Both the position numbers and the translations under genes were made by a program. This document shows, one piece after another, positions 42,006 through 50,274 of a DNA stretch of 64,000 nt. Source of the DNA: Candidatus Bathyarchaeota archaeon (lineage in GTDB: Archaea > Thermoproteota > Bathyarchaeia > Bathyarchaeales > Bathycorpusculaceae); contig CAVZJV010000014.1 of NCBI GenBank assembly GCA_963775685.1, positions 32,001 through 96,000 on the forward strand. Direction: 5' to 3'. The stretch's first letter is position 1. Each line of letters starts with the position of its first letter. The notes beneath the pieces were generated by a model. It saw only the letters and a list, made by a program, of their open reading frames with translations. It was not told the origin of the DNA and did not search any database.

Positions 42006-42666
42006 ACCCTAAACCTCCCTTTTTAGATGTTTCTATGTCCCCAGATCTATTACTTAGTAAATCTCTATTGTAGTTGCCATAGACTTCAAACGCAAACCTA
42101 GTCAATGTCCACTTATGCCCGCGCTTTTCAAACAGCAGCTTGCAAGTTTCAAAATGAAGTTTCTTATTCAACCGCACCAAACGGCGAGCGACATCGTAAC
42201 GCTTCAAAGCATAACCGCCCCGCTTGTTTACCTCTGCAGCCACATCTTTGGGTAAGGAGCCATTCACACCGACTTCAAGAAGCCTCTGCAAGATTTCTTT
42301 GTCGACTGCATCCATAGCCGCAAAGTGCACAAGGTCCTCTTTGGAGTAGTCAGCCTCACCTATCCGATCCAGCTTATTGCGAACCCACCGCATTTCCGTC
42401 TTAAGGTCCTCAATTCCCTCTAGAGCGGACTTGAGCAAATGCTGATTCCACTTATGGCGACCTACTTTTTGTGCTTGGCTACGCCTTTTCTTAGGCTTTT
42501 CTGCAACTTGCATATGGGTTTGAACAGCTTTTTCCTCTAAACCTTGTTTGTTTTGTTCAGTCAAGACATTTCGCTCCATCAACAATAACAAGAAAACGGT
42601 GTCCGCAATCAGGGCTAACCGGTACCAAAAAACCCAAACCTGAAAGCATGGAAAAAGACCATACAA
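41992..42666 (-). CDS. Coiled-coil plus winged-helix protein (start probably ~42579)
   Basis: DKEILQRLLEVG...LPKDVAAEV...LFEKRGHKWTLT. Confidence 0.65.
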   Translation of the reverse strand: MYGLFPCFQVWVFWYRLALIADTVFLLLLMERNVLTEQNKQGLEEKAVQTHMQVAEKPKKRRSQAQKVGRHKWNQHLLKSALEGIEDLKTEMRWVRNKLDRIGEADYSKEDLVHFAAMDAVDKEILQRLLEVGVNGSLPKDVAAEVNKRGGYALKRYDVARRLVRLNKKLHFETCKLLFEKRGHKWTLTRFAFEVYGNYNRDLLSNRSGDIETSKKGGLGFGFA

Positions 42667-42782
42667 TAAGACGGCTAAAACACCCCCTAAAAACGTTTGA
42701 ACAACCTTTCACTGACAAAAGGGCATTCTGTGGAAACTTAAAGGCTCCTGTAGACGTCAGGGAGGCTATTTGGCAGGCAATC

Positions 42783-43736
42783 TTAAGCAACATAACTCTT
42801 ATCTCCTGAGCTTTTGTTGCCCGCTTGTCTGTCAGGTTCAACCTGGATAAGGTTAGACAGAAGCCCTGTTATCTTTGCAAGGGCTAAAGCGTTTTTGTCC
42901 CCGCTCTTTTCTAGGCGTTCAAGCTTTTCTAAAGCGCCATCGATAACTTCAGTGAAGCTGGCGATAACTTCAACTGCATCTGGATGTGTCCGGTCGCCAA
43001 CTTTTATCACGATGCCGTGGCTCTGTTCAAAATCGCGAATCACCATGTACGGCAACCGCTCTCCAGAACTGTAAGGAAAATGGCCGCTCTTTGGTCGAAT
43101 CCGCTCCAGCACCGGATTTAGAATCTTGAAGTCCGTTAGTAATCCAGTGTTAACAAAGGCGTCACAGAAGAGCTGCTTAGCCTTCCCCAGATTGCCCTGA
43201 CGTCGAACATGCAAAGTTACATTGCCGCTTTCAAACCAAACCACGCGACCAAGCTTGCATTTCCAAACAAAAAAATGTTTCTTCGCCTTGCTAGGCTTCC
43301 AGCCAAACCCAACGCCTCGCTTTTCAATCTCAGATTTAACAACCTGCCGCAAAGACTGACTTATTGGCTGATCGAGCTTTACTTTGGCTTTGAAGCAGTG
43401 GAAGTTTGAACACTTTGAACCTCGTTCATTTTTGTAGTAATACTTCCATTCCCACTTGGTTTTAGAGACGTAGTTGTGGTAGTGTTTATAGTCTATTTCT
43501 AAGAGTTTGCAGATTTGTTTGGGTGTTAGCAATGGGTTAGTTTGGCCTTCGCCGTCTAGGAGGTCAAAGATTTGTTTGCGCAGATTATTACTATTACTAC
43601 TCTTACTGTAAGAGTGCAAGGTGCCTGCAGTGGTAGTCGGTTGGTTAGCCAAAAAAACTACCTCCAAGCTTGCTCCTTTTTGTTTTTTAGCTTTTCGAGG
43701 CGAGTTGGGCAGTTTCCCACATCTTTGGGTTTTCAA
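42783..43736 (-). CDS. N-terminal HTH protein of mobile element (possible replication protein)
   Basis: LRKQIFDLLD..LTPKQICKLL HTH, long basic domain, C-terminal coiled coil; function is inference. Confidence 0.6.
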   Translation of the reverse strand: MKTQRCGKLPNSPRKAKKQKGASLEVVFLANQPTTTAGTLHSYSKSSNSNNLRKQIFDLLDGEGQTNPLLTPKQICKLLEIDYKHYHNYVSKTKWEWKYYYKNERGSKCSNFHCFKAKVKLDQPISQSLRQVVKSEIEKRGVGFGWKPSKAKKHFFVWKCKLGRVVWFESGNVTLHVRRQGNLGKAKQLFCDAFVNTGLLTDFKILNPVLERIRPKSGHFPYSSGERLPYMVIRDFEQSHGIVIKVGDRTHPDAVEVIASFTEVIDGALEKLERLEKSGDKNALALAKITGLLSNLIQVEPDRQAGNKSSGDKSYVA

Positions 43737-43932
43737 AAATTCTTGGGGGACAAAACGTGTTATCTGCTAAACAATACCGTCCCTCGCAGATAGGGTAAAT
43801 TAAGCTTCCAACAAAGTCACAGCAAGACTTAGCAATATCCTGATTTTTTGCTGGAGATGGAATGTTAACTTTTGACTTAGAAGCAAAGCGATTTTCTCGA
43901 TTAACGTCCCAAAGAGGTCTCCACTCAGTCAT
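43687..43932 (-). CDS. Small Cys-containing hypothetical protein
   Basis: GGAGG RBS, directly after the upstream stop. Confidence 0.5.
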   Translation of the reverse strand: MTEWRPLWDVNRENRFASKSKVNIPSPAKNQDIAKSCCDFVGSLIYPICEGRYCLADNTFCPPRIFENPKMWETAQLASKS

Positions 43933-44076
43933 TTAAGGCTCCTCCGTCTCGACTTCAAGCAAGGCTCTTTTGGTGATTTCTGCAAGCTCATGATAGTTAG
44001 CATTAAAATTAATAGCTAAGCCAGCAAGAAAAATCCTAATCATAATTGCCGCAGCCTCAATTTCTTTCTGCTTCAA
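43933..44076 (-). CDS. 47-aa hypothetical protein (not in ORF track)
   Basis: GGAGG then TTG; MKQKEIEAAAIMIRIFLAG...EEP*; TAA abuts the next ATG. Confidence 0.55.
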   Translation of the reverse strand: MKQKEIEAAAIMIRIFLAGLAINFNANYHELAEITKRALLEVETEEP

Positions 44077-44126
44077 CTATGAAACCTCCAAGCTGCTACA
44101 AAGAAAAAAAATGAAAGTTAGCGAAA

Positions 44127-44345
44127 TTAAGAGGGATCTGAAAATCTTAGAGCGCAGTCTCTGCAGAAATATAGCTGAATTACACCGGATGGCACATGGC
44201 TTTTTCCATTTTTCCAATTCTTTGTGCTTCCGCACCCCGGGCACTTGACTATTTTGTTGCTTGTTGTGTTCTGTTTTTCCCAAAGATCTTTTGAAATTAT
44301 TTTGCCGCAGTGAGGACAGTTTAATAATTTTTTCATTCTTTTCAC
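44127..44345 (-). CDS. Stand-alone Zn-ribbon protein homologous to the integrase N-terminus
   Basis: CPGCGSTKNWKNG...IQLYFCRDCALRFSDP. Confidence 0.8.
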   Translation of the reverse strand: MKRMKKLLNCPHCGKIISKDLWEKQNTTSNKIVKCPGCGSTKNWKNGKSHVPSGVIQLYFCRDCALRFSDPS

Positions 44346-44466
44346 CTTCTGCCAATTTTCGTCTCAGAGGTCTTTTACAAAAAGAAAAAAGGGAAGAATC
44401 TGCAGAAAAGTGAGAATTGTACATCGCCACCCTGATGGTTCCGAATGACTCCAGCTGAAACTTATT

Positions 44467-44484
44467 CCATGCTAGACGACGGCC
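44467..44484. repeat. att-like direct repeat of the tRNA-Pro 5' region
   Basis: Identical to 9533-9550; adjacent CCATGCTT also shared. Confidence 0.85.
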
Positions 44485-44858
44485 ACATTTGCCCCATGCT
44501 TAACTTTTAGGGTTCAGAGTTTTTCAATACATCAAGTAAACTTAAAGCTTCTGGAAAAGCCAGATCACCTTAATATGCGCCTTCCTATAAAAACGCTAAA
44601 ACAAGGGAACTGCAAAAGCGCGATGAGCTTCTTTTTAACAAAGTTAAAACAAGCCAAGATAAAAAAAAACAAAAAGGATTTGTTAGATATTCATAACCAA
44701 CTGTGTTAAAACGCTTAATATGATACTTGTCCATTCCTGATTTGTGTGTTGTTGTCTCTACACAGTCACGTATGTTAATACGGCCATGTTTCTAGATATT
44801 TCCAGTAAGTCAATCAGTTACTTGGGTCTCTGATAATTTTGGTTTGGAGGTGATTTTC

Positions 44859-45023
44859 ATTACGGAAAAAAATAAGAAAGGGGTGTTTGTCGCTGAGCAG
44901 AAGAAAAAGAGACGCGAAATAATTCAAGAAGGTAAAAAGCAAGTGGCTATTCCGCCAGATGTTGGAGATGTAGAAAAGAAGGCTTTAGCCCAAACAGGCG
45001 ATGATGCAACTTCAGGATGGTGA
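44859..45023 (+). CDS. Small charged peptide ending TSGW (ATT start, or GTG at 44883)
   Basis: GGAGGTGA RBS, open frame ...KALAQTGDDATSGW*, T-rich terminator after. Confidence 0.5.
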   Translation: MTEKNKKGVFVAEQKKKRREIIQEGKKQVAIPPDVGDVEKKALAQTGDDATSGW

Positions 45024-45182
45024 AAAGAATCTGTTTAAAGATCCACTCTTTTTTAATTTCTTATGACAATCAGTCCATAATCATTACCATTTTATTACAT
45101 AAAACCACAATTTAACTAATTTTTTTTAGATACACAAAACTTTTATTGCCATAACAACAAATCTTAGCAGGAGGTTTAGCGC

Positions 45183-45440
45183 TTGGAAGAAGTTATAATT
45201 GAAATAGGGCAAGTCATACATTTCTTCTCAAAAATCAACGTTGCCATAGTCGAATTAACGTTGCCCCTCTCCATCGGCGACCGCATCCTCATAAAAGGTC
45301 CCTCAACAGATTTTGTCCAAATCGTTACTTCGATGCAGATAGATCGCAAAGAAATTAAAAGAGCCGAAGGCGGACAAAGTGTAGGATTGAAGACGATTCG
45401 GCAGCCGCGGGAAAAAGACGTTGTTTATAAGCAACTTTAA
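45183..45440 (+). CDS. Translation elongation factor-like beta-barrel protein
   Basis: IGQVIHFFSKINVAIVEL...GDRILIKG.STDF.Q.V.SMQID. Confidence 0.8.
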   Translation: MEEVIIEIGQVIHFFSKINVAIVELTLPLSIGDRILIKGPSTDFVQIVTSMQIDRKEIKRAEGGQSVGLKTIRQPREKDVVYKQL

Positions 45441-46567
45441 GGTATGATTTCAGCGCCGTTATATTTTAGGTAATCAAAGTCTTTTATCCCAACGGTTCCT
45501 TTCCCTATTAGTCTTCGGATACGTGGAACTTCGCTTGCTACCGCTTTGATTAGTTGTTCTACTGTGTAGCAAACTTTATTGTACGCATCGTTACTCCAGC
45601 GTTTGGCTATGTTTGTGTAGAGGCATCTGCCGCCGCAAATATCTAGAATTTTGCAATCCACACAGGGTTTTTCGTTAACAAAGATTTTTTCAAGTTTCAA
45701 AGGGTTGGTATCTTTTATGTGCCCAAGATAGTATTCTTTCATCCCCCACATTGTTGGGCATGGAATAATGTATCCGTCAGTTTGGATAGCGTAATTTATC
45801 CAGCCGCCTCCGCAACGCAGCAAGCAATCTTTTTCTTCATGTAAAAGCGAGTTGGCTATGCCCAAAATTGGGTAGAGCTTAAGCACAGTGCCCTCCTCTT
45901 GGATTTGGTCAACCCAAAAATGCACCAGCTTCTCAATGCCTGGAATGTAGCTGGTTTTGGTCCACTCTTCAAAGTTGCGTCTTTGATAGTCATTGCCCCA
46001 AAAACCAGCATTCAGTTGCCAATGAATCGAAGTAAACGAAAAATCAGGGTTATCCAGGAGATATCTGACTTGTTTTTCTATGTCGGTTTGCTCCATTATG
46101 GTCATGCGAGCAATCAATTCTCCAGCAAACCCATTTTTCCTGATTAATTTTAGGTTGTTGACGACGTTCTGGTAAGTTCCTGCCCCGCGGTAGGCATCCG
46201 TTAAAGTTTCTTGTCCATCAATAGAGACAAGGATGGTGTGGAAACGGTTAACGTATTTTGGCTCCAGTTTGTCAAGAAGTAAACCGTTTGTTTGCACCAT
46301 GTACTGTTTAGGTGATACTTTATCCATGATTTGCCTAAGCTTATCTATCTGCAGCAGTGGTTCTCCACCATAGAAGGTCAAAACGCAATCAGGGTCCTGG
46401 CGGCAGAACTTATCAAGCAGCGCTAAATCGTAGCTGAGCCTACGTGGCAAATCATAATCAACTTCAATGTCGTCGCCAAAGTCCTCATCGAAATCATCAA
46501 GGCTCTCGCCAAAGCAGTATTTGCACTGCAGGTTGCAGTCACTTGTCAATATGACATGGAAGAACAT
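45437..46567 (-). CDS. Radical SAM/SPASM protein (AF0577-like putative peptide-modifying family)
   Basis: CNLQCKYC, GGEPL, CGGG...GYIIPCP, CVDC...CGGRC SPASM cysteines. Confidence 0.88.
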   Translation of the reverse strand: MFFHVILTSDCNLQCKYCFGESLDDFDEDFGDDIEVDYDLPRRLSYDLALLDKFCRQDPDCVLTFYGGEPLLQIDKLRQIMDKVSPKQYMVQTNGLLLDKLEPKYVNRFHTILVSIDGQETLTDAYRGAGTYQNVVNNLKLIRKNGFAGELIARMTIMEQTDIEKQVRYLLDNPDFSFTSIHWQLNAGFWGNDYQRRNFEEWTKTSYIPGIEKLVHFWVDQIQEEGTVLKLYPILGIANSLLHEEKDCLLRCGGGWINYAIQTDGYIIPCPTMWGMKEYYLGHIKDTNPLKLEKIFVNEKPCVDCKILDICGGRCLYTNIAKRWSNDAYNKVCYTVEQLIKAVASEVPRIRRLIGKGTVGIKDFDYLKYNGAEIIP

Positions 46568-46591
46568 GCTTTAGATGAGCACATGGGTTGT

Positions 46592-47905
46592 TTAATAGTA
46601 TTTTTCTGCAAGTTCCTCAGCTTTCTTATATTCTTCACTTTTTTCTTGCTCGGGCTTGTTCTTTTGATGTTTCTTGGTTTTTTCCTCTTCGTTCTGAGCA
46701 ATTCTCTGAGCCTTCTCAATATACTTTTTCAGCTCCATATCTTTCATGCGTTTTTCAGGCAAGGTTTCAGGCGCATACAGCAAGGGTAAGACAGCTAAGA
46801 AAAGAAATACGCTTGCAAAAGAGAATATGGGTATTTGACTTATGTCAGGTACATAGAATGCAAAAACTTTGGTTAGGAAACTGGAGAATACATAAGGTAA
46901 AGCGCCTAAGAAGTATAATTTATCGCTGTTTCTGGCTTGAGATAGGTCGCCCCATATTATGAGCAGAAATACTATATTGAATATTCCCCATGCAATTCCG
47001 TCTGATACCACGTAAAAGTATCCAGCCAAGTTTATATCTGGAAAAAGTCCTAAGATAGCATATCCGATTCCTAACATAATGAAGCCTACAATCGTTAAGC
47101 GTTTGCGACCGAAAAGGTCAGCAACAAATCCGCATGTGACAGCAGTGACTGCCATAATGATGTTTTCTAAAACGTAAATTAGAAAATTGTAAGTTGGACC
47201 AGATCCTAAAAGGTGGTTCTGAATTGGAACCGTCATATAATTTACAAGGGACACCATACACCATGAAACAAAGTAGAAAATAAACGACCTGTTAGACAGA
47301 ATATCTTTGAATTTAACCTTGTAAGTTTCTTTGCTACTTGGTTCTTCCACATTAAATCCACAAAAGACTAAAAATCCAAATAATCGTATAGCGGAAAGAA
47401 CGACGCAAGCTAAAACAACATCGCTTATTATAAATGCGCCAAGCACAGAGAAAAGCAAGCCCATTAACAGAAGAGTAATCCCGCTAATTTTTGCACGGTT
47501 CTCTACCATAGTGTGGCTGGAGAAATACCCCATAACTACAGGCATTCCGACTCCAAAATAGGCTCCAAAAACACTTGAAATCACAAGAGTGCCAGTTACG
47601 CTTGATAGATCCATTGCGAGAGGTAGAAATGAAAGAAAAACACCGCTTAACATCCATAAACTGAGGAAGTTAGTTCGTTTTTTTAATTTGTCAACTGCAA
47701 ATGAACCTACGAATGCTAAAATTGCTATTGAAACTGCGTTCACGCCAAAAACGATAAGTGTTAAGGGGCCAGTATTCGGATCTATTTTATCCGTTAGAAT
47801 CTTGAGGGTTTTGAAAACTAGCAAATACCAAACAAAGGCGTTTCCTACTAAGAAAACATTTGTCGTAGTTAGTTTTAGAGTTGGCTTAACATCTCCCAGA
47901 GGCAC
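46592..47905 (-). CDS. MFS transporter-like protein
   Basis: ~12 TM, GFVADLFGRKR motif A, PET plus charged tail. Confidence 0.88.
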   Translation of the reverse strand: MPLGDVKPTLKLTTTNVFLVGNAFVWYLLVFKTLKILTDKIDPNTGPLTLIVFGVNAVSIAILAFVGSFAVDKLKKRTNFLSLWMLSGVFLSFLPLAMDLSSVTGTLVISSVFGAYFGVGMPVVMGYFSSHTMVENRAKISGITLLLMGLLFSVLGAFIISDVVLACVVLSAIRLFGFLVFCGFNVEEPSSKETYKVKFKDILSNRSFIFYFVSWCMVSLVNYMTVPIQNHLLGSGPTYNFLIYVLENIIMAVTAVTCGFVADLFGRKRLTIVGFIMLGIGYAILGLFPDINLAGYFYVVSDGIAWGIFNIVFLLIIWGDLSQARNSDKLYFLGALPYVFSSFLTKVFAFYVPDISQIPIFSFASVFLFLAVLPLLYAPETLPEKRMKDMELKKYIEKAQRIAQNEEEKTKKHQKNKPEQEKSEEYKKAEELAEKYY

Positions 47906-48050
47906 TTGCTGGACATCCTTAAAGTTGTAACTTTCTAGGTGTTTTTGATAATTAAGTATTAAGGATTGGTAAAATTGATTTGAAATATAGTTTATGTAGG
48001 TAACCTTTTAAGCATATTTGTACAACACATCTACTTCGAGGAAGGTTGCT

Positions 48051-48095
48051 ATGAAGGCAAACAACAAAGTAACTCGTTCAAGTGGATGGGTTTAA
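48051..48095 (+). CDS. 14-aa micro-peptide MKANNKVTRSSGWV (candidate prenylated-Trp precursor)
   Basis: TTTTAAG TATA-like box at 48006, GAGGAAGG RBS, same SSGWV end as 49182-49241. Confidence 0.7.
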   Translation: MKANNKVTRSSGWV

Positions 48096-49108
48096 GAAAA
48101 CCCGTTCGCAAAAAAAGCAAAGGGAGCGGAAAGCAATATTTTTAGCTCCTCCCATTTTTCTTCTTCTAAGCTTTTCTGTAAGATCCCAACAATACAATTA
48201 GCTGATACGTTTAATTCTTCAAGAAATTCCTGAACTTCAGGGGTCTCAAAAACTAAATCGATTATTTTTTCTTGTGCAGAATTATCAGATAAGTCCTGGC
48301 TCAAAAGAGGAAGAAGCATCTTTCTAGTTTGCAAATTCTGCAACGCATAGATTAAAGGTAAAGGTAGGCATCCATTTTTCAGCCGATTAGCCACTTCCAA
48401 AGGGTCAAAAATGTCTGCGCACTCATCAGATACAAGCGAAACAACCCCGTAACTTCTACCAAATTCACCTAACTCTTCCACCAAATCTTGTTCTGCCCCC
48501 CCAACGATGGCACCGATTTTCATAGTTAATTCAGGAACAACTGCCTTCAACCTGATTATGTCATAAAATTCATTTGGAGACAAATCCAACCGAGCTTTCA
48601 AGCTAGCCTCTAAGGTTTCTGCCATGGAAATCTCCAATATTGCCTCAGATATCAAACTTCTAATTTGCTTGCCCTGACCTTTGGGAAGCTTATCGCATTC
48701 ATTATGCAATTGCGTTAACCCTTCAGCCAAAAGAATGTCGCCAGCTAATATTGCTGCGGTTTCGCCGAATTTGCCAAAGACAGTTGGCTTGGGACCTTTA
48801 AAGGTTGACTTATCGATAACGTCATCGTGTAAATCAGCGGCTCCAGTTATTAGTACGATTGCTTTTCCAAAAGGAATTGCCTGTTTAACGTTTCCTCCTA
48901 CTGCTTTGCATGAGATGACTATAAGTGCAGGAAAAACAGGCATGGTGTTATGAAGAGTTATTTTTGAGAAGTGCCTTAGTGATTGAGAAATAATGCTCTT
49001 GTCTTTGTTTGCTGAGATTATTTGCTGTCTCGCTTGTTTTAGGGCAAGACCACCGTTTTCCCTAAAAATCTTTTTCATTTTCCGAATTAGAGCCTGATTG
49101 GAGGGCAT
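48092..49108 (-). CDS. Divergent polyprenyl-synthetase-fold prenyltransferase (ComQ-like candidate)
   Basis: FARM HDDVID, AILAGD, LK retained; SARM is DECAD; GKxxR and RRG motifs absent. Confidence 0.85.
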   Translation of the reverse strand: MPSNQALIRKMKKIFRENGGLALKQARQQIISANKDKSIISQSLRHFSKITLHNTMPVFPALIVISCKAVGGNVKQAIPFGKAIVLITGAADLHDDVIDKSTFKGPKPTVFGKFGETAAILAGDILLAEGLTQLHNECDKLPKGQGKQIRSLISEAILEISMAETLEASLKARLDLSPNEFYDIIRLKAVVPELTMKIGAIVGGAEQDLVEELGEFGRSYGVVSLVSDECADIFDPLEVANRLKNGCLPLPLIYALQNLQTRKMLLPLLSQDLSDNSAQEKIIDLVFETPEVQEFLEELNVSANCIVGILQKSLEEEKWEELKILLSAPFAFFANGFS

Positions 49109-49181
49109 TTGTATCAGGGTTTAATTGTTTTGAGTAAATATTTGGTTTTTGGAAAAAAATGAGGCGTTGGAAAGGGTTTTT

Positions 49182-49241
49182 TTATACCCATCCCGATGAG
49201 ATTGGTTTACCGCGGATATTTTTGCCATTTTTGCTTACCAT
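49182..49241 (-). CDS. 19-aa micro-peptide MVSKNGKNIRGKPISSGWV (candidate prenylated-Trp precursor)
   Basis: GAGGTGA RBS 6 nt before ATG; between the protease and prenyltransferase genes, same strand. Confidence 0.75.
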   Translation of the reverse strand: MVSKNGKNIRGKPISSGWV

Positions 49242-49266
49242 ATTTTTTCACCTCACATTTGCTAAT

Positions 49267-50118
49267 TTAATTTAAGAAACTTTGTATCCAGGTTAAGATA
49301 CTCTGTGTATCTATCCTAGTGTGATATGTTATTCCTGCACAGTTTGCATTACGTACGTACGCGTTAATGGCAAGGACAATGTCTTGAGTGCCGCCGTTAT
49401 AGATTACTGGGCCGCCTGAGTCTCCAAATGCCACGCCGCCTTTGCCTTGGCTGGGGTTGGCTGTTAATTTGAGGTATTTGTCACTTCCAGCAAAGTTCCC
49501 AGATACTATTTTGGCTTGTGCGGAGTTGCATGATAATGTTCCAACCAACGAGTTAACAACGCCGTTGTCTTTGGGAGTCGCTTGGAATTGAAGACCATAA
49601 CCTACCTCCTTCAAGATAGTTTTATTATCCAACATATCAGAGAAACCTGCTCGAGGTAAAGCTGGAAAATCTTCAACACCTGCAACTGCTTGAACAAGTT
49701 TTATTAATCCTATGTCGCTTGTTTCAAATTCGTTATTGCCTGAAAAAGAGGGGTTATACAGCGGATAGATTATTGGAAAACCATCATAAATTGTATTTGC
49801 ACCATAATAGGTGATTTTTCCCTTCTCAAGAGTATAGCTAATTGGTCCCTTATCAAAACAAACGCTGACTGCTTGCACACCGACCAGACTGTGACCTGCC
49901 GTCACCATAACTGTTGACGAAATCAAGAAGCCTGAACAATAACCAATCGGGTTAGTTTTCGCTTCGTCACTAAAAAGCACGACTACCCCAGTATACGGAG
50001 TTGAATCTGGGCGAATGTTTCCTGTTATTCCGTATACTGTGCCAGTAAATAGAGCCAAAGATGCCAAGATTGGCAGGATGGTTAACGTGATAGCTTTGGT
50101 TGTTTTCAAATTATCCAC
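49267..50118 (-). CDS. Secreted trypsin-like (S1) serine protease
   Basis: Signal peptide; CSG, TAGH, DIGL, GDSGGP triad motifs. Confidence 0.9.
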   Translation of the reverse strand: MDNLKTTKAITLTILPILASLALFTGTVYGITGNIRPDSTPYTGVVVLFSDEAKTNPIGYCSGFLISSTVMVTAGHSLVGVQAVSVCFDKGPISYTLEKGKITYYGANTIYDGFPIIYPLYNPSFSGNNEFETSDIGLIKLVQAVAGVEDFPALPRAGFSDMLDNKTILKEVGYGLQFQATPKDNGVVNSLVGTLSCNSAQAKIVSGNFAGSDKYLKLTANPSQGKGGVAFGDSGGPVIYNGGTQDIVLAINAYVRNANCAGITYHTRIDTQSILTWIQSFLN

Positions 50119-50274
50119 CTTATCTGACTTACACTTGTATCGTAAGACGTAATATATAAACGTCCTGTGTAAGATGCCTCAGCCGAGCAATGCCCAACAA
50201 AACGACAGTCCAACACAACTACACATGCCAGCAAGCAAAACTCTTAAAAGCCAAAGCTATAATCACAAGGTTTC

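Larger units (their letters stand above)
9533..44484. mobile_element. Putative ~35 kb genomic island integrated at the tRNA-Pro(GGG) 5' end
   Basis: 18-bp direct repeats, adjacent integrase, TA module, mobile-type operon at the far end; core genes resume beyond it. Confidence 0.65.
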
